DNA of 64,000 nucleotides from Convolutriloba macropyga (Eukaryota): NCBI RefSeq assembly GCF_964194025.1, contig NC_134477.1:11160001-11224000 (forward strand). Reading direction: 5' to 3'. The notes beneath the pieces are model-generated. The model was not told the DNA's origin. It did no database searches and was given only the letters and a program-made list of their open reading frames with translations. Below, in pieces: positions 24,701-36,700 of this stretch. Numbering within the stretch: the stretch's first letter is position 1; every line of letters starts with the position of its first letter. The position numbers were made by a program, and so were the translations under genes.

Positions 24701-27700
24701 CATGTTATGCTAATAAATGTTTCTATTAACATTTGCTGGAGTTGAAATACCCCTCAATTGGTATTAAGTTTTCGGAGTTGGTTATAATTTTGGCTGCTAA
24801 AATCTGCTGGTCTTTATTTCTGCTTTTATTGAAGAAAGTGAATAGTTGAGCGAATTCAAACCTTTTATTACGATTCAAAGAGGAGCATTGGGGAAGTGTC
24901 TTTCCTTAACCAATTTTATTGGAGTGAATTTTGAAGCAGAAAATTTTCGTTCACGTCCCTGTTTTTTTGATTAAATGTTTTGCAAGCAAGTGAAAATTTT
25001 CGTTCACGTGCCTCTTTTTAACGCAGTTTTTTTTTCATATTTTTGATTAAAAGACTTGGTTGTGATATTTTATTAATTTTAGGCTACTTTTGATAATTGC
25101 TTGAAGGTTTCTGGAAAATAATATGAATTTTATGCTAGATTGTAGCTTTTTCTGGTATTTTGCTGAATGTTAGCCAAATTTTTGAGATTTTTTGCTTGTT
25201 GTTTTGTTTTACTACCCCCAGGAAGAATTTGAAAAGACCTTTATTACTTGAGTACCAAGTGGTTATACATCTTTAAATACCAAGGGTTTACAGTTTTGTG
25301 GGTATAAAACATTTTTTTTTTGAGAAATATGACAAAAGAGTCGAAAAATTTTAAACTATTTTTTAAATTTTTTTTGCTGTTTTTCGTTTTGTCTATAATC
25401 TTAGACCAGTTATTTTAGCCTCATATCACTTGCGTATTGTATTGTGAGCATTTAAATACTCTATTGGTTCAAAAGAATTTTTCTTTGGCTTTTTGTGGCT
25501 TTGAAATAAAAAAAATATTAATTTTTTCTATTTTTTTTTAGTTAAAGTTGCTTTTAAGAGCTTATTTTTTCATGATTTGTGTTTTCAAGTGTGTTTTTTT
25601 AAATTTCTCATGAGTGGTTTTAGTAGGTAGTAGTTGTTTTGAAGGAGTAGGTTTAAGGTAGAGACGGCTCTTTGAGTCGTTTCCGGCTTTCTTCCGGCTA
25701 TGTTTTAAATTTTCGTCTTTCTGTCCCTTTTAGCATCAACTTGCCGGTAAGAAAGGTCAGGCATTATCTACAAATTCACTATATACAATGCATTCTGTTT
25801 AACGTGTACATTTTCGACAGTGATACAATGTAGTACAGTAATCATGACTCGTGCAACTTTGTCTTGAGTAGTTGGTTTTCAGTTCTCATTGGGCGAGATG
25901 AAAAAGTAGGGAAATTCCGAATTGATTTTCTCGGCTGAATTAATTCAAAACTTCCCTATCATTGAGTGAGTTTGCATCAACACATCTAGTGCGTTTTAGA
26001 TTAGTACATACCTCGAAATCGAATATGAGATGGTCGATAGGAATTGTATATCGTCTTGCATAGTTCTGCTGTACTCCAGTCAAGAATGCCTGAGTGAAGT
26101 AGAATCGAGAGATCCAAAACACAACAGGAGGTCCATTCTCAAACCACTCCTAAATAGAAAGTCAGCAGTCCATAAAGTTACGTGCATAATTCCCGTTTCT
26201 GCCCCCCCCCTCAAGTTCTTTATGCCCCACCCAGTTACAACGCACGTGTCATTGCATAGTAAATCATTATTTAAAATATGGCGCTTTCGTGTGGGGCGCC
26301 AATAGTATGCACTCCCTAAGCTGTGGGGCACAATCGGAAAAGAACCAGTTACACTTTTTTAGTAAGTCTACATATTAAGCGGAAATTCGTCATATATAAT
26401 AGATCATGAATGAAAAATAAAATAGGTAAAAAATCAGCATGTACCAAGAAACAACAGCAAACAAGCTTGAATTGACTCAGGCAGTTTATGAAAGAGCTAC
26501 TTGTTAGATCCGGGCAAAATAACTACCCGGATTGCAGTTTCGTTGATTTCATAGAAGGATCATGTATGCTCCATATTGTCCACACTTGATTTCTTAGTAC
26601 GATCCTAGTATGACCCCAAAGAAACCATATATGATCCTTGTATGATTCCCATAGTCATTACCTTGACAATAACTTGACAAATGACTTCCGGAGACTCGAG
26701 ACTCACCATTTTTGTCAATTAATTCACAATGATTCCGAAAGTACAAGTAATGCTGTCTCCTTGTGATCACAAGTTTTAAAAAGGCGGCGGCCTGAAGAAA
26801 CTGATGCAAGTTATATTGCAGCGATACTGGTTCACATAACAGGTAGCGATGTAGAGCTTGGTAACTTAGTGATAGGAAACCGTTATAATATTTTTGCCTG
26901 TTTATAATAACTCTGGCTCTTAGGAGAACCCTCTAACCTCTAAGAAAGTGAGTCTTGCGCAAAAGTCGGACACATATCCACCCAAGGGCTTCAGAGACGG
27001 ATAACTCTTTTCCATCCACATTCTGGGGATTTTCCCGCTCAACATGCTCTGGAACACCTCTTCCAAATCGCTGGACATCACCACCAGACCCTGGATCAAA
27101 ACACTCGTTAATCTGAGCATTGTATCAAATTTACGTTTAAAATGAACACTTTTCACAATGATTTGAGCATGATTGTCTGAATGATCAGCGCAACCACTTA
27201 GTCACAGTTTTTGAATCTGTAGTCAATCCCATTAAGCTTAAATCCGCGAACGCTCCAAAAACGCCAAAACATGCAACAACGCGCACATTTGCACGCCAAG
27301 TTTTTTTTTTAATTAGCTTCATGTCAAGTACTTTTATCTACAATTTTTCAGTTTGCACTTTGACGTTTGAACTCTATCGAGTGATTTTTTTAAACGTTCG
27401 CATTTTTTTTTACTTTATGAGACACGATATATTTCCCTGAAACTGTTCAGAGAAGGCTTGTTTCCTCCGCTAGTGAAAATTCCCCAGTCGCTGTTGAGTA
27501 CAAAAGGCTTCGAAAACGTACCAAAAGGAGACACATGACACATACATAACACAGAGAAGGGGGTACCAACCGCAAATCATCAGCAGTTTAATATTTTGGG
27601 CAATCCTGAGAAAATTGACAAAGTGAAAATTTTAAATCACATAAAAGCAAATAAAATTTATTTTTCATATTTCTCGAGTAAATATAATCAATCAACTGAC

Positions 27701-30700
27701 AGCAGGATAATGTTACTAAAACGTGAGGAAAGTTGATAGTGGGAAGGTATACTATATTTGCTCACGCCTAGCCAGTTGGAGATCTCAAGGTAAAAAAGAC
27801 ATGTGATCCAAAATATATTTTCTACACTATAAATTCATGTCTCTTAATGGGTTCAAGAGCATCATAGATTTCAAAGACAAATAAAACGCGAAAATAACTG
27901 TATGACTGAGTTCCGTAGGGCAATACAAACCCTCAAATCGATCAAAGTCGGACAAAAACTGGATAGCGGTTTGCATTTAAATACGCTCTTGCGGAGAAAC
28001 ATAACTGTTGTCGTAGCTGTCCCATAGAGCTGCAACTCACAGGTAATTTTGGCGGGATACCGGCGCTTTATTGCCGTTTTTAACTGGTACCTTAGCTGCA
28101 ATTGCATCATAATAAAAACAGATATATTAGTAGTAGTGTGACAGCCTATCCACAACTTGCTTGTGGTGCGGCAACATTTCTGCATCTATGCCATGGTGAA
28201 TAACATGCGGTCCCCGGGTTAGGGGGACCAGGAGCAGGTCACAAGTATAGACGGGTTCTCAAGTATGGACGCCTCTACGCGGCAGAACTACGAGCGGACA
28301 ATCGCTCCCGGGATCTATACACTCTGTATACAGACTGCGATAAACAAGTTTTGCGACGGGATCAGGCGGACACAGTCTCCCTGGTCCCTTGTATGCATTT
28401 GACTGTGAAACACATATCTGCCCTGCTTCTTCTCATCCTCGGCGGCATTGAAACCAACCCCGACCCAACGCCTTGTGCTATTTGTCACGAAATCTAACTG
28501 AAACTCTAGCTCGATTTCATAGTTTTCGAATACAATTGTTAATGAATTATTGGGTGATAAGACAACATTTGAGAGTAGATCTAACGATTTTCCACTATAG
28601 AAGAAAAAGGAAAAAATTATTTTAGAAATCAGGATCAAATTTCGGAGTAGCTGACAAAAACTCACATTTAATGGAACCAAATTTATTTCTTTCATTGCGC
28701 AAACTTGATACATCATGGGATTTTTATGAAGAACAAAAAAAAGTGTGAACCATAAGCAATTGTAAAGTGATGATGGTATCTAAAATTTTTTTGCAGTGAG
28801 CGATGTAGAAAAATTTTCAGCTGAAATCAATGCGTTCAATGCGTTTTCTACAAAAAAATGTGAGTTTGCGACCCCTTTATTCCTGATGCAGCAGAATCAG
28901 CACCATAGGCTCAGATTTGAAGCAATTGATCCGCAAAGCTAAAAAATTTTAGGGAAACTGGATCAAAATTTTGGAGCGAAACTCCGCTGCCAATCAAAGT
29001 TTTTTTGCAAATTTAAACGCCTTATTTTCAATAGCATGCTCTGAATTCATCATGACCGACCAAGATGAGTAGATTGGTACACGTGTATTATACACTAGAT
29101 TGGAATATTATGTCAACTAAATTCATCATGACCGATCAAGATGTCATGACCGCTTGAACTTGATCTATTGATAAACAGAACCAAAGTTCAGGTGTTTCAA
29201 AATTTATTTTAACATTAATCTTCAAACATCAATTAGCCTCTTATACAATGAAATTTTGTAAATGCAACAGAATATCATGAGGACAAGATTGATGTTGTTT
29301 ATTATCATTTGTTATTATTTACAAGCTTTTTGAAGCTTAATTTTTGTCAGATTTATTATTTAGCAGAGCGATAAATCTTGATCTGGACAGTTGCTTACTC
29401 TAAATGAGCTCAATCCGAACACCTCCATTATTCATCAGATCAGCTCAGGCACCAGTAAATTAGACTAAAAAAACATTAAAGTCTAGCATATCAGTCTTAC
29501 CGCTCAATCACGTAAAATCTACGTCAAGAAACTAAAATCAGCTCCAGAGTGGCATGAACAAAAGGATCTTTTCCGTTTGTGCCCCCCCCCCCCAGCTTAC
29601 TGGGCGCATATTATTTGCACCCCCAGACGCACGTGCCATTTTTTACATGATGATTTACTATGTAATGGCACGTGGCCTGCAACTGGGGGGCGCATAACGT
29701 ACTGGGGGGGACACTAACGGAAAAGATCCGAACAAAAAATAGTGTGAGACGCCAAAATAAAAAGGAAAATTTAAGAACCGCAATATAGCTCTACACTCAG
29801 CTTAGCTGTTATAACAAACTAATTAAATGCAATCTATAATTTTTTTGGATGCCTCGACCATTCTTCCCTGTGAGAAACGTTGATTTTATCACACAAATCC
29901 TCTAAAAAAGAAAAACTCTACTGCGGAACTAGATTAAATTACAAAATAATCAAATACTTATTAAGGGGCCCTCGTTATAATTATAACAGGACTGATTTTG
30001 CAATATATAAAGTAACAAAGTTAGGAATAAATCAGTGAAGCCTACAGAAGCAATGAAGACCGGAAAACCTTATTATTACAGATACTCCCATAAAGTTCCA
30101 ACTCTGTCAAACGGTTAAAAAGTCAACGTTGAAAAATACAATTTACAAACATCAGCATTTAGATGTGCATATTGGGTTCCGAGGAGTTTTTTCGAACGAT
30201 ATTGCTGACATTGCAATTTAGTGGTAAAAAATATAGTGTAATGATACCTTGATTGCCTTCTGTATGTTGATGAGGCTGTTTCTGATCACAATGAGGAGGA
30301 CGTTGAACCTGACCATCTCCTGAACCAACACTGTGTTCATACTCTGGTTATAGTCCGTCGGATATCTACAAAATTGCGAAAAAATTTTCTTTGGTATACA
30401 TTTTTTTTAAAAAGAATAAATTTTTATAAGACCTAAAAAAGATTTATTTCCTACGAGTTCTCGGTATAAATACAATAGCAATATATCTCAATGACAGTAG
30501 TTTTCACCTCAAGGTATAATTCTGTTCAGTTCAGTAAAACTAGGTCTAGAATCATTGAATTTTAAAACTGTTGACTCACTGAACTGAAAATTGTCTTGAT
30601 TCAAGAATATTAGCGATATTGTTATTCTATTTAAACCGAGGCGGAATTCTTCAGTACCTTTTCAGTGCAGTTTCAGTGTCGAAGTTTGGAGGCAGTTTTC

Positions 30701-33700
30701 CCAGAATGTCCGACGCCACCTCATTGATAACCTGATCGGGCGTCTTTTGCTTCCCACGCGATCCCGACCGAGCCTAAAATTTATATATCAATTACAAACA
30801 TTTTTGCACAGCATCCGTATTTAAAAAAAACTGAATTAGGTTTTGAACCCCAGTGTTGGTCATGACACCCCGGGTACTTTCATGGTGATGTATGAAAAGG
30901 CTGAAAGATGTTTCATCAGATATATCTTACCATACTACCAGAACTGACACAATCCTAGTAATAGTTCAAATTATATTAGTCTTTCTTCAGTTGTATAGAG
31001 TCTGGCCACAAATTTCTATGTGTTTAATTGGTGAGGAATTCTGCAAAGTTGCTGATCGAAACGGTTCAATTCAACTCACGAAAGCGTTGACGTCACAAAA
31101 AAACAACTTCACTGGTCAACTAACAAAACTAATGACTTTTTTTAAGATGAGCTTTTGAAAAGCTCAATGTTCTTTTCACGGCGACCGGGCTGCAAATGTC
31201 TTCTGCTTGAGAAATGGGATGCATTAATGAAATTTTAAAAAGATAGAAAAGAGCATATATACCTGGCAAGCTTTAAAATACCGGCCAATAATTGGTTTAT
31301 TTTCCACTTAGAACACATTTTATGGTGAAAGACAACCCTATTCTCACGTTCTGTATTATAATGGCCGGTAATAAGAGAGTGGGTTTTGTATAATATAGGA
31401 GGGTGGGGGGGGGGGGGGTACTCACGGATAAAGTGCACTGATGATCAACTCTTTTAAAAATGTTTACCCGGGTTGACAAAACTTACTTACCATAAAACGG
31501 ACCATATATGGCCCATAAAAGTCATAAATTGTTTTCGTTCTATGATCTTGCTATGATTCTTTTGTTTCCATGTCTGCCTAGTTTTTAAAAATTTCCTGAA
31601 AATCAGGCTATTTTCTTTCTTGATCAAGACATTGAAGTTATTGTGTCAGAAAAACAAAGCAACTCTAAACGGTTCGTTCATTTTTAAGCAATCGTAAAAC
31701 AGATAATTTGACCGACTAAGGTCGGGCGAATTGGTCACTTACGATACGACAGGCAAGTAGTTGGCTTCGGTAAAAATCTAATGGCGTGAGGGGGTGGAGT
31801 GTGGGGTGGCTGAGAGGTTTGCATTGAGGTGCGTGACCAAAGTGGGCAGATATGGGAGTCGAGCAAGGGGCTAGGGGAAGGGAAGTAATGAGGTATGCAA
31901 ACCGCCAAAAAACTGCCCTCCAGAACATAAATTTACATCTTCTCAACAGCTTCGGTAAAAGGTAAGTTTAGAGATCAGTAACGCTGATCGCACACTTAAC
32001 ATGCCCTTCGGTTATTGCGCGCTTATCCCGTTTTCGAAGACGAAAAGTCAAATGACCTGACAAAGCTGATCAAGCGAAAAAGAGCATAGAAAACAACCAG
32101 CAGAGACCAAAAAACTGCCGACAATTTTTTGGGGGAGCAATTATCAAGATTTAAATAACGATAAGAAAGAATTATTTTTCACCAGAATTTTAGAAATGTT
32201 TTTTTACCATTGAGTGATTTTCTGCTACTGAATGGTTCTACCAAAAGATGTGAATTCTCTCTCTGGAGGAAGTTCATTTTTTTCCTTTATCAAACAAATT
32301 ACTGAGAGAGCATTTTTTTGTTCAGAAATCTTATGGCGAACCTTAACAACTCATAAGGATGTTTCTGCTTCTTCGAAAATAATTCAACGTTAAAACTCTT
32401 TTGCAGGAGGTAAAGTAATCTAAGTTGAACACTTCAAACATCCGTAGACTAAATTTCCGAATTTATACTTTCTGAATCGCGCCACTTTTCATATTTTAAA
32501 ATAAATCGATGTCTAAGAAATATGGTGTCTGAGTTTACATATTGGGCTATTATTTCCTAGTCTTTTTGTTCCGACCCCACTTGTGGGGGAAGGAACTATA
32601 TACTCAAATGGGTTTTTTTTGTTCAGACAATTTTGGCCGACCGATATATTCATCGTAGAGAAATGTGAGTGGTATCATTAATAAGCTAAACCGGCGTAGA
32701 ATTCGAAACTAAAAAGATTTGTTAGAATTTTGTTTTTTTTTTTCGAGGAGTTATCCAGGATTGAAATTTTGTGAACACGGGATATTTGGCATGATTGTTC
32801 ACTTTTAGTGTAATTTTTCTTCAAATTAAGATACTTTTTATTAAAATATTAATTCAAAATTAAATTTCAGGCCACAAAATGAAACAATTTTAAAAGACGA
32901 AAAGCGATATAAAGAATAGTTCTATTCTTATAGGGAACTTTACTATCGAAAAGGTTGAATTCTATTTCAGGGCTCTTTTTTAGAAATTTTTCAAATTTTT
33001 TTTGTTTTCTTGGCTCACTTAGCAACTAGTCACTTTTCATATCCAGATTCCGTTAATGACAAACCTGATTTACAGTCAAATGAAGCCCAATGAACAGAAA
33101 ATTCGTTTTCAAGTAATTGCTCGTGTTTTTTTTGGCTTCGACTCTGAGTTTTCGTAATTTTAAATGAAATTTTGATTTTCTTTTCGAGGTTTTACTAATT
33201 TTTGAAGTCCTATGCCATTGTCTCGTTGATTAAAAGTGCAATAGATTTAATAAGCATCAAGTGAACCTGTCTAGAGCTTTCAGTGGACAGCTAATGGCTG
33301 TTAAGCCTTTAAAATGATTTTTCGAGAAATTTTTTTAACATTAACCGATAATCATCTTATTTTCGTGAATTGTAAGTCAGTCACAGTAGACATGGCCACC
33401 TCCCTTTCTACTGCAACAAAAATTAACCTGGTTAGTGGTTTTATCTTCTATTTGTTTTCTGACTTCAATGTGACAAATTTTCAAAAAAACTAAAAAATAT
33501 TGTTTGATTTTTTCTTATTATTGGTTCCTCTTGAAATCTTATCACTTTATCCTGATATTGATATCCCCATTGATTTGGAAAAGACGCTTACTGGATGATA
33601 GATAAGGTTTTCAGAGAAAAGCTTTTGGTTTAAATGGCTCCGACACTTTGTTCTCGAACTTTTCTACTAAAGTTTTGGTTTTTGCCTATATTTATTAATG

Positions 33701-36700
33701 TTTCCATAGTCATAAGACTTATTGTGACGTCCTATTGGTTACCTAAGCATGACAAATATCCCTGTCCACAAATTGACGCATACATTCCAATTGAGCGTGT
33801 TTAGTGACTTCAGCTGAAAGCTATTGAATATAACGGCTGTTGAGACTTTCCAACCTTAACCAATAATTTTCCAACCTTAACCAACCTTAAACTTATTTTC
33901 GTGAGCTGCAAGTCAATCTCAGTAATGATCGGATCCCCTTTTTTCTATTGAAACCAAAATCAATCTACTTAGCGGTTTTTTTTAACTATTGGTGTTATGA
34001 CTTCGATGCACGAGTTTTCATTTTTTTAGTTTTTGGATATTTTTTTCGTAATTTTGTGTCCTTTGGGAATCTTAACACATTATCCTAATATTGACAGTTG
34101 CATTGGCTTAGAGATGACATTCAACGGATCTTATAAAAAAGTTACAGGGAAAACTTATGGTTTAAATGGCTTCGACACTTTCTTCTCGCACTTTTCTACT
34201 GATATTTAGGAGCTTGACTGGATTTCTTGTTGTTTTTATTATCTATGACTAATTGTAATGTCTAATTGATGACGTATGAATAAAAAACATTGTTGCTTTC
34301 TCTTCAAAGCATAACTTAGCGTATTTATTATCTTACGTTGAAAGCTATTGAATTTAATGGCGTTGATACTCCAGGTTTTCTCAAACAATTCGCGGTTTTA
34401 AAGTATTTGTTAATGCTTGTAGATCTTTTGGAGCCAAATTGTTTAAAAAACAATCCCATTCCAGTTAAAAAATTATTTGGAAGTAGAAAAGATCCTTCCG
34501 AAAACATCCTTTTTTTAATGGCTTCGACACTTTTCTCGCCCAATTTTTTTTTGAATTTGCGGTTTTTTTTTGCTTTTTTTCATTTAGGTAGCAATAAAAA
34601 GCTGAACGGTCCCATTAGCCTTGTATATGAGGATTGAATGCATGATGTTACCCAATCCAGTCAGTTTAATGCGAATAATCTTAAAGTTTATGATATTATA
34701 CATTTTCAAGATTTTTAAAGATCTTTCAATTTTTTCAGTTTTCGTTGTAATTTTCGTCAACTTGTAACTTAACCTCATCATTGAGACGTCCCAGTCCTTG
34801 TATTTTAAAAATTAACATGTTTACTGATATTATGACGTAACCGATGATTTTTTTGGCCAATATGCGTTTTTATAAAAGTTATGTGAGTGGTATGTTTTTG
34901 TTTCTTTTTCTCTTACTTTAGCACAATCGCGTAATAACAGATCCCAATGATTTTCAAATGTGGCCCAAGTGAACTTAATTAATCATTCAGTACAATGCTA
35001 GCTGAATTAGTATATATAAAAATTTAAATAAAAACACATAAATTTCACATAATAGCTAATGAGTTTAATGGCTTCACTAATTTGTGTTTTCGCAATGTTT
35101 GTAATCTTTGTTCGTAATTTTTTTGAGTTTTTTTGCATTTTTAGTCCGTTCCTATGGCTTAGTCTAACCAGAGACAGGGGTTATGGATTTCATTATGATT
35201 TTTTGGTAAATTTATCGAGAATTATTTCGTTAAAAGCTAATTATTTTTAAGACTTTTGAAATTATTCGGTTTAAAAATGTTGATTGATTTTTGAGTTCCG
35301 CCTCATTTTTTCTTCTTTTTGACGACTTGTTACCTAGTTTCATTCATCCCATGCGATGTTTAGTTATGAAAAACAAATTTATGCAGTTAGGATTTTGTCT
35401 GATTTTAATTTGACGTTGTTACTAGGTGCCTTTAAATTAAGATATTGAGTTTTTGTCGTGAAATTTTGTCTTTATTGCTTTTTAATGTTGTTTTTTTTCG
35501 CGCAGACTTTTTAATGGCAGATCTTGTGTTAATGAGGCATGACATTTTTTAATTCAATTATGATGTTGGTTGTGTAACGATTTTGTAAACTCAACATCTA
35601 TTTTTGATTATCTCTTTGTCAAAAATGTAAGTCAAAAGACAGTGAAGTAAAAAATATAGACAAGCGCGGGTCGGAACATCATGTGCGAACGCACATAAAC
35701 GAGCTTACTTGTTTGAGATACTTGTTGATGACACAAGAGGAGCAACCAATTGGACTGAGAAGTCGTACAATTATTAGTTGAATATTTAAACTTGAAAGCA
35801 TTTATGAACAGGAGACCAAAAATGAGAATCTTGATAAATTCCTGCAAAGGAAAAAAAGTAATCCTGGTAAACGAAAATGTGTTTTACTTGTGTCTTGAGG
35901 ATGTTGTTGAACAACATTTGTGTCTCTTGCTGCTCTTTTGTGATGTCAGCATTCGCGTGCATTCCAAACACTTCTGGCGACTGGTTGATAGGCAGGTTTT
36001 TAATGTACTCCAAATAGTGCTCAAACTAAAATGACAACCGAATTAAAATCTGGTCACTTCAGAAACGAAAGAATCCTAAAAAGCTTTAAATACCCCACTC
36101 TATAGCCGCCCGATATTTTGTCTCAAAAACCGAATCGAGGAAATACATGATTTGCCATGAATTCTCATCATAAAGCAGCGCATTTTTGGAGGGGAAATTT
36201 TTTCCATGAACTGAATCAAGTTACAGTGAAAAATTATTTTTCAACGCATTAAACACAAACGTAACAAAATTATTAATTTCAACGCAGTTCCTATGTTCTT
36301 CAGCGAGCATTGACACCTCGACGCGAGAATTTCTGAAACTATGAAGCACTATATTAAAATGATGTTTCTGTAACTAAAAGATACTAAATGATGAAATCTG
36401 ATATAATTTTCAACTGCAATTTCACCAGAATTGATGAATATAAGATATTTATTGTTCCGACCCCACTTGTGCGGGGGGAACTATATACTCAAATGGGGTT
36501 TTTTGTTCAGAAATTTTGGCCGATCGATATTTTCATCGTAGAGAGTTGAGAGTGGTATCATTAAAAAGCCCCTCCAACATTGAATATGGAATTAAAAAAG
36601 TTTTTTAAACTTCTATTTCTAGAGCGCGTTATCGGGGTTTAAATTTTTGTGAATATTAGACCGATTTGCGCCATTTATTAACATTTTCCGGAATTTTTGC

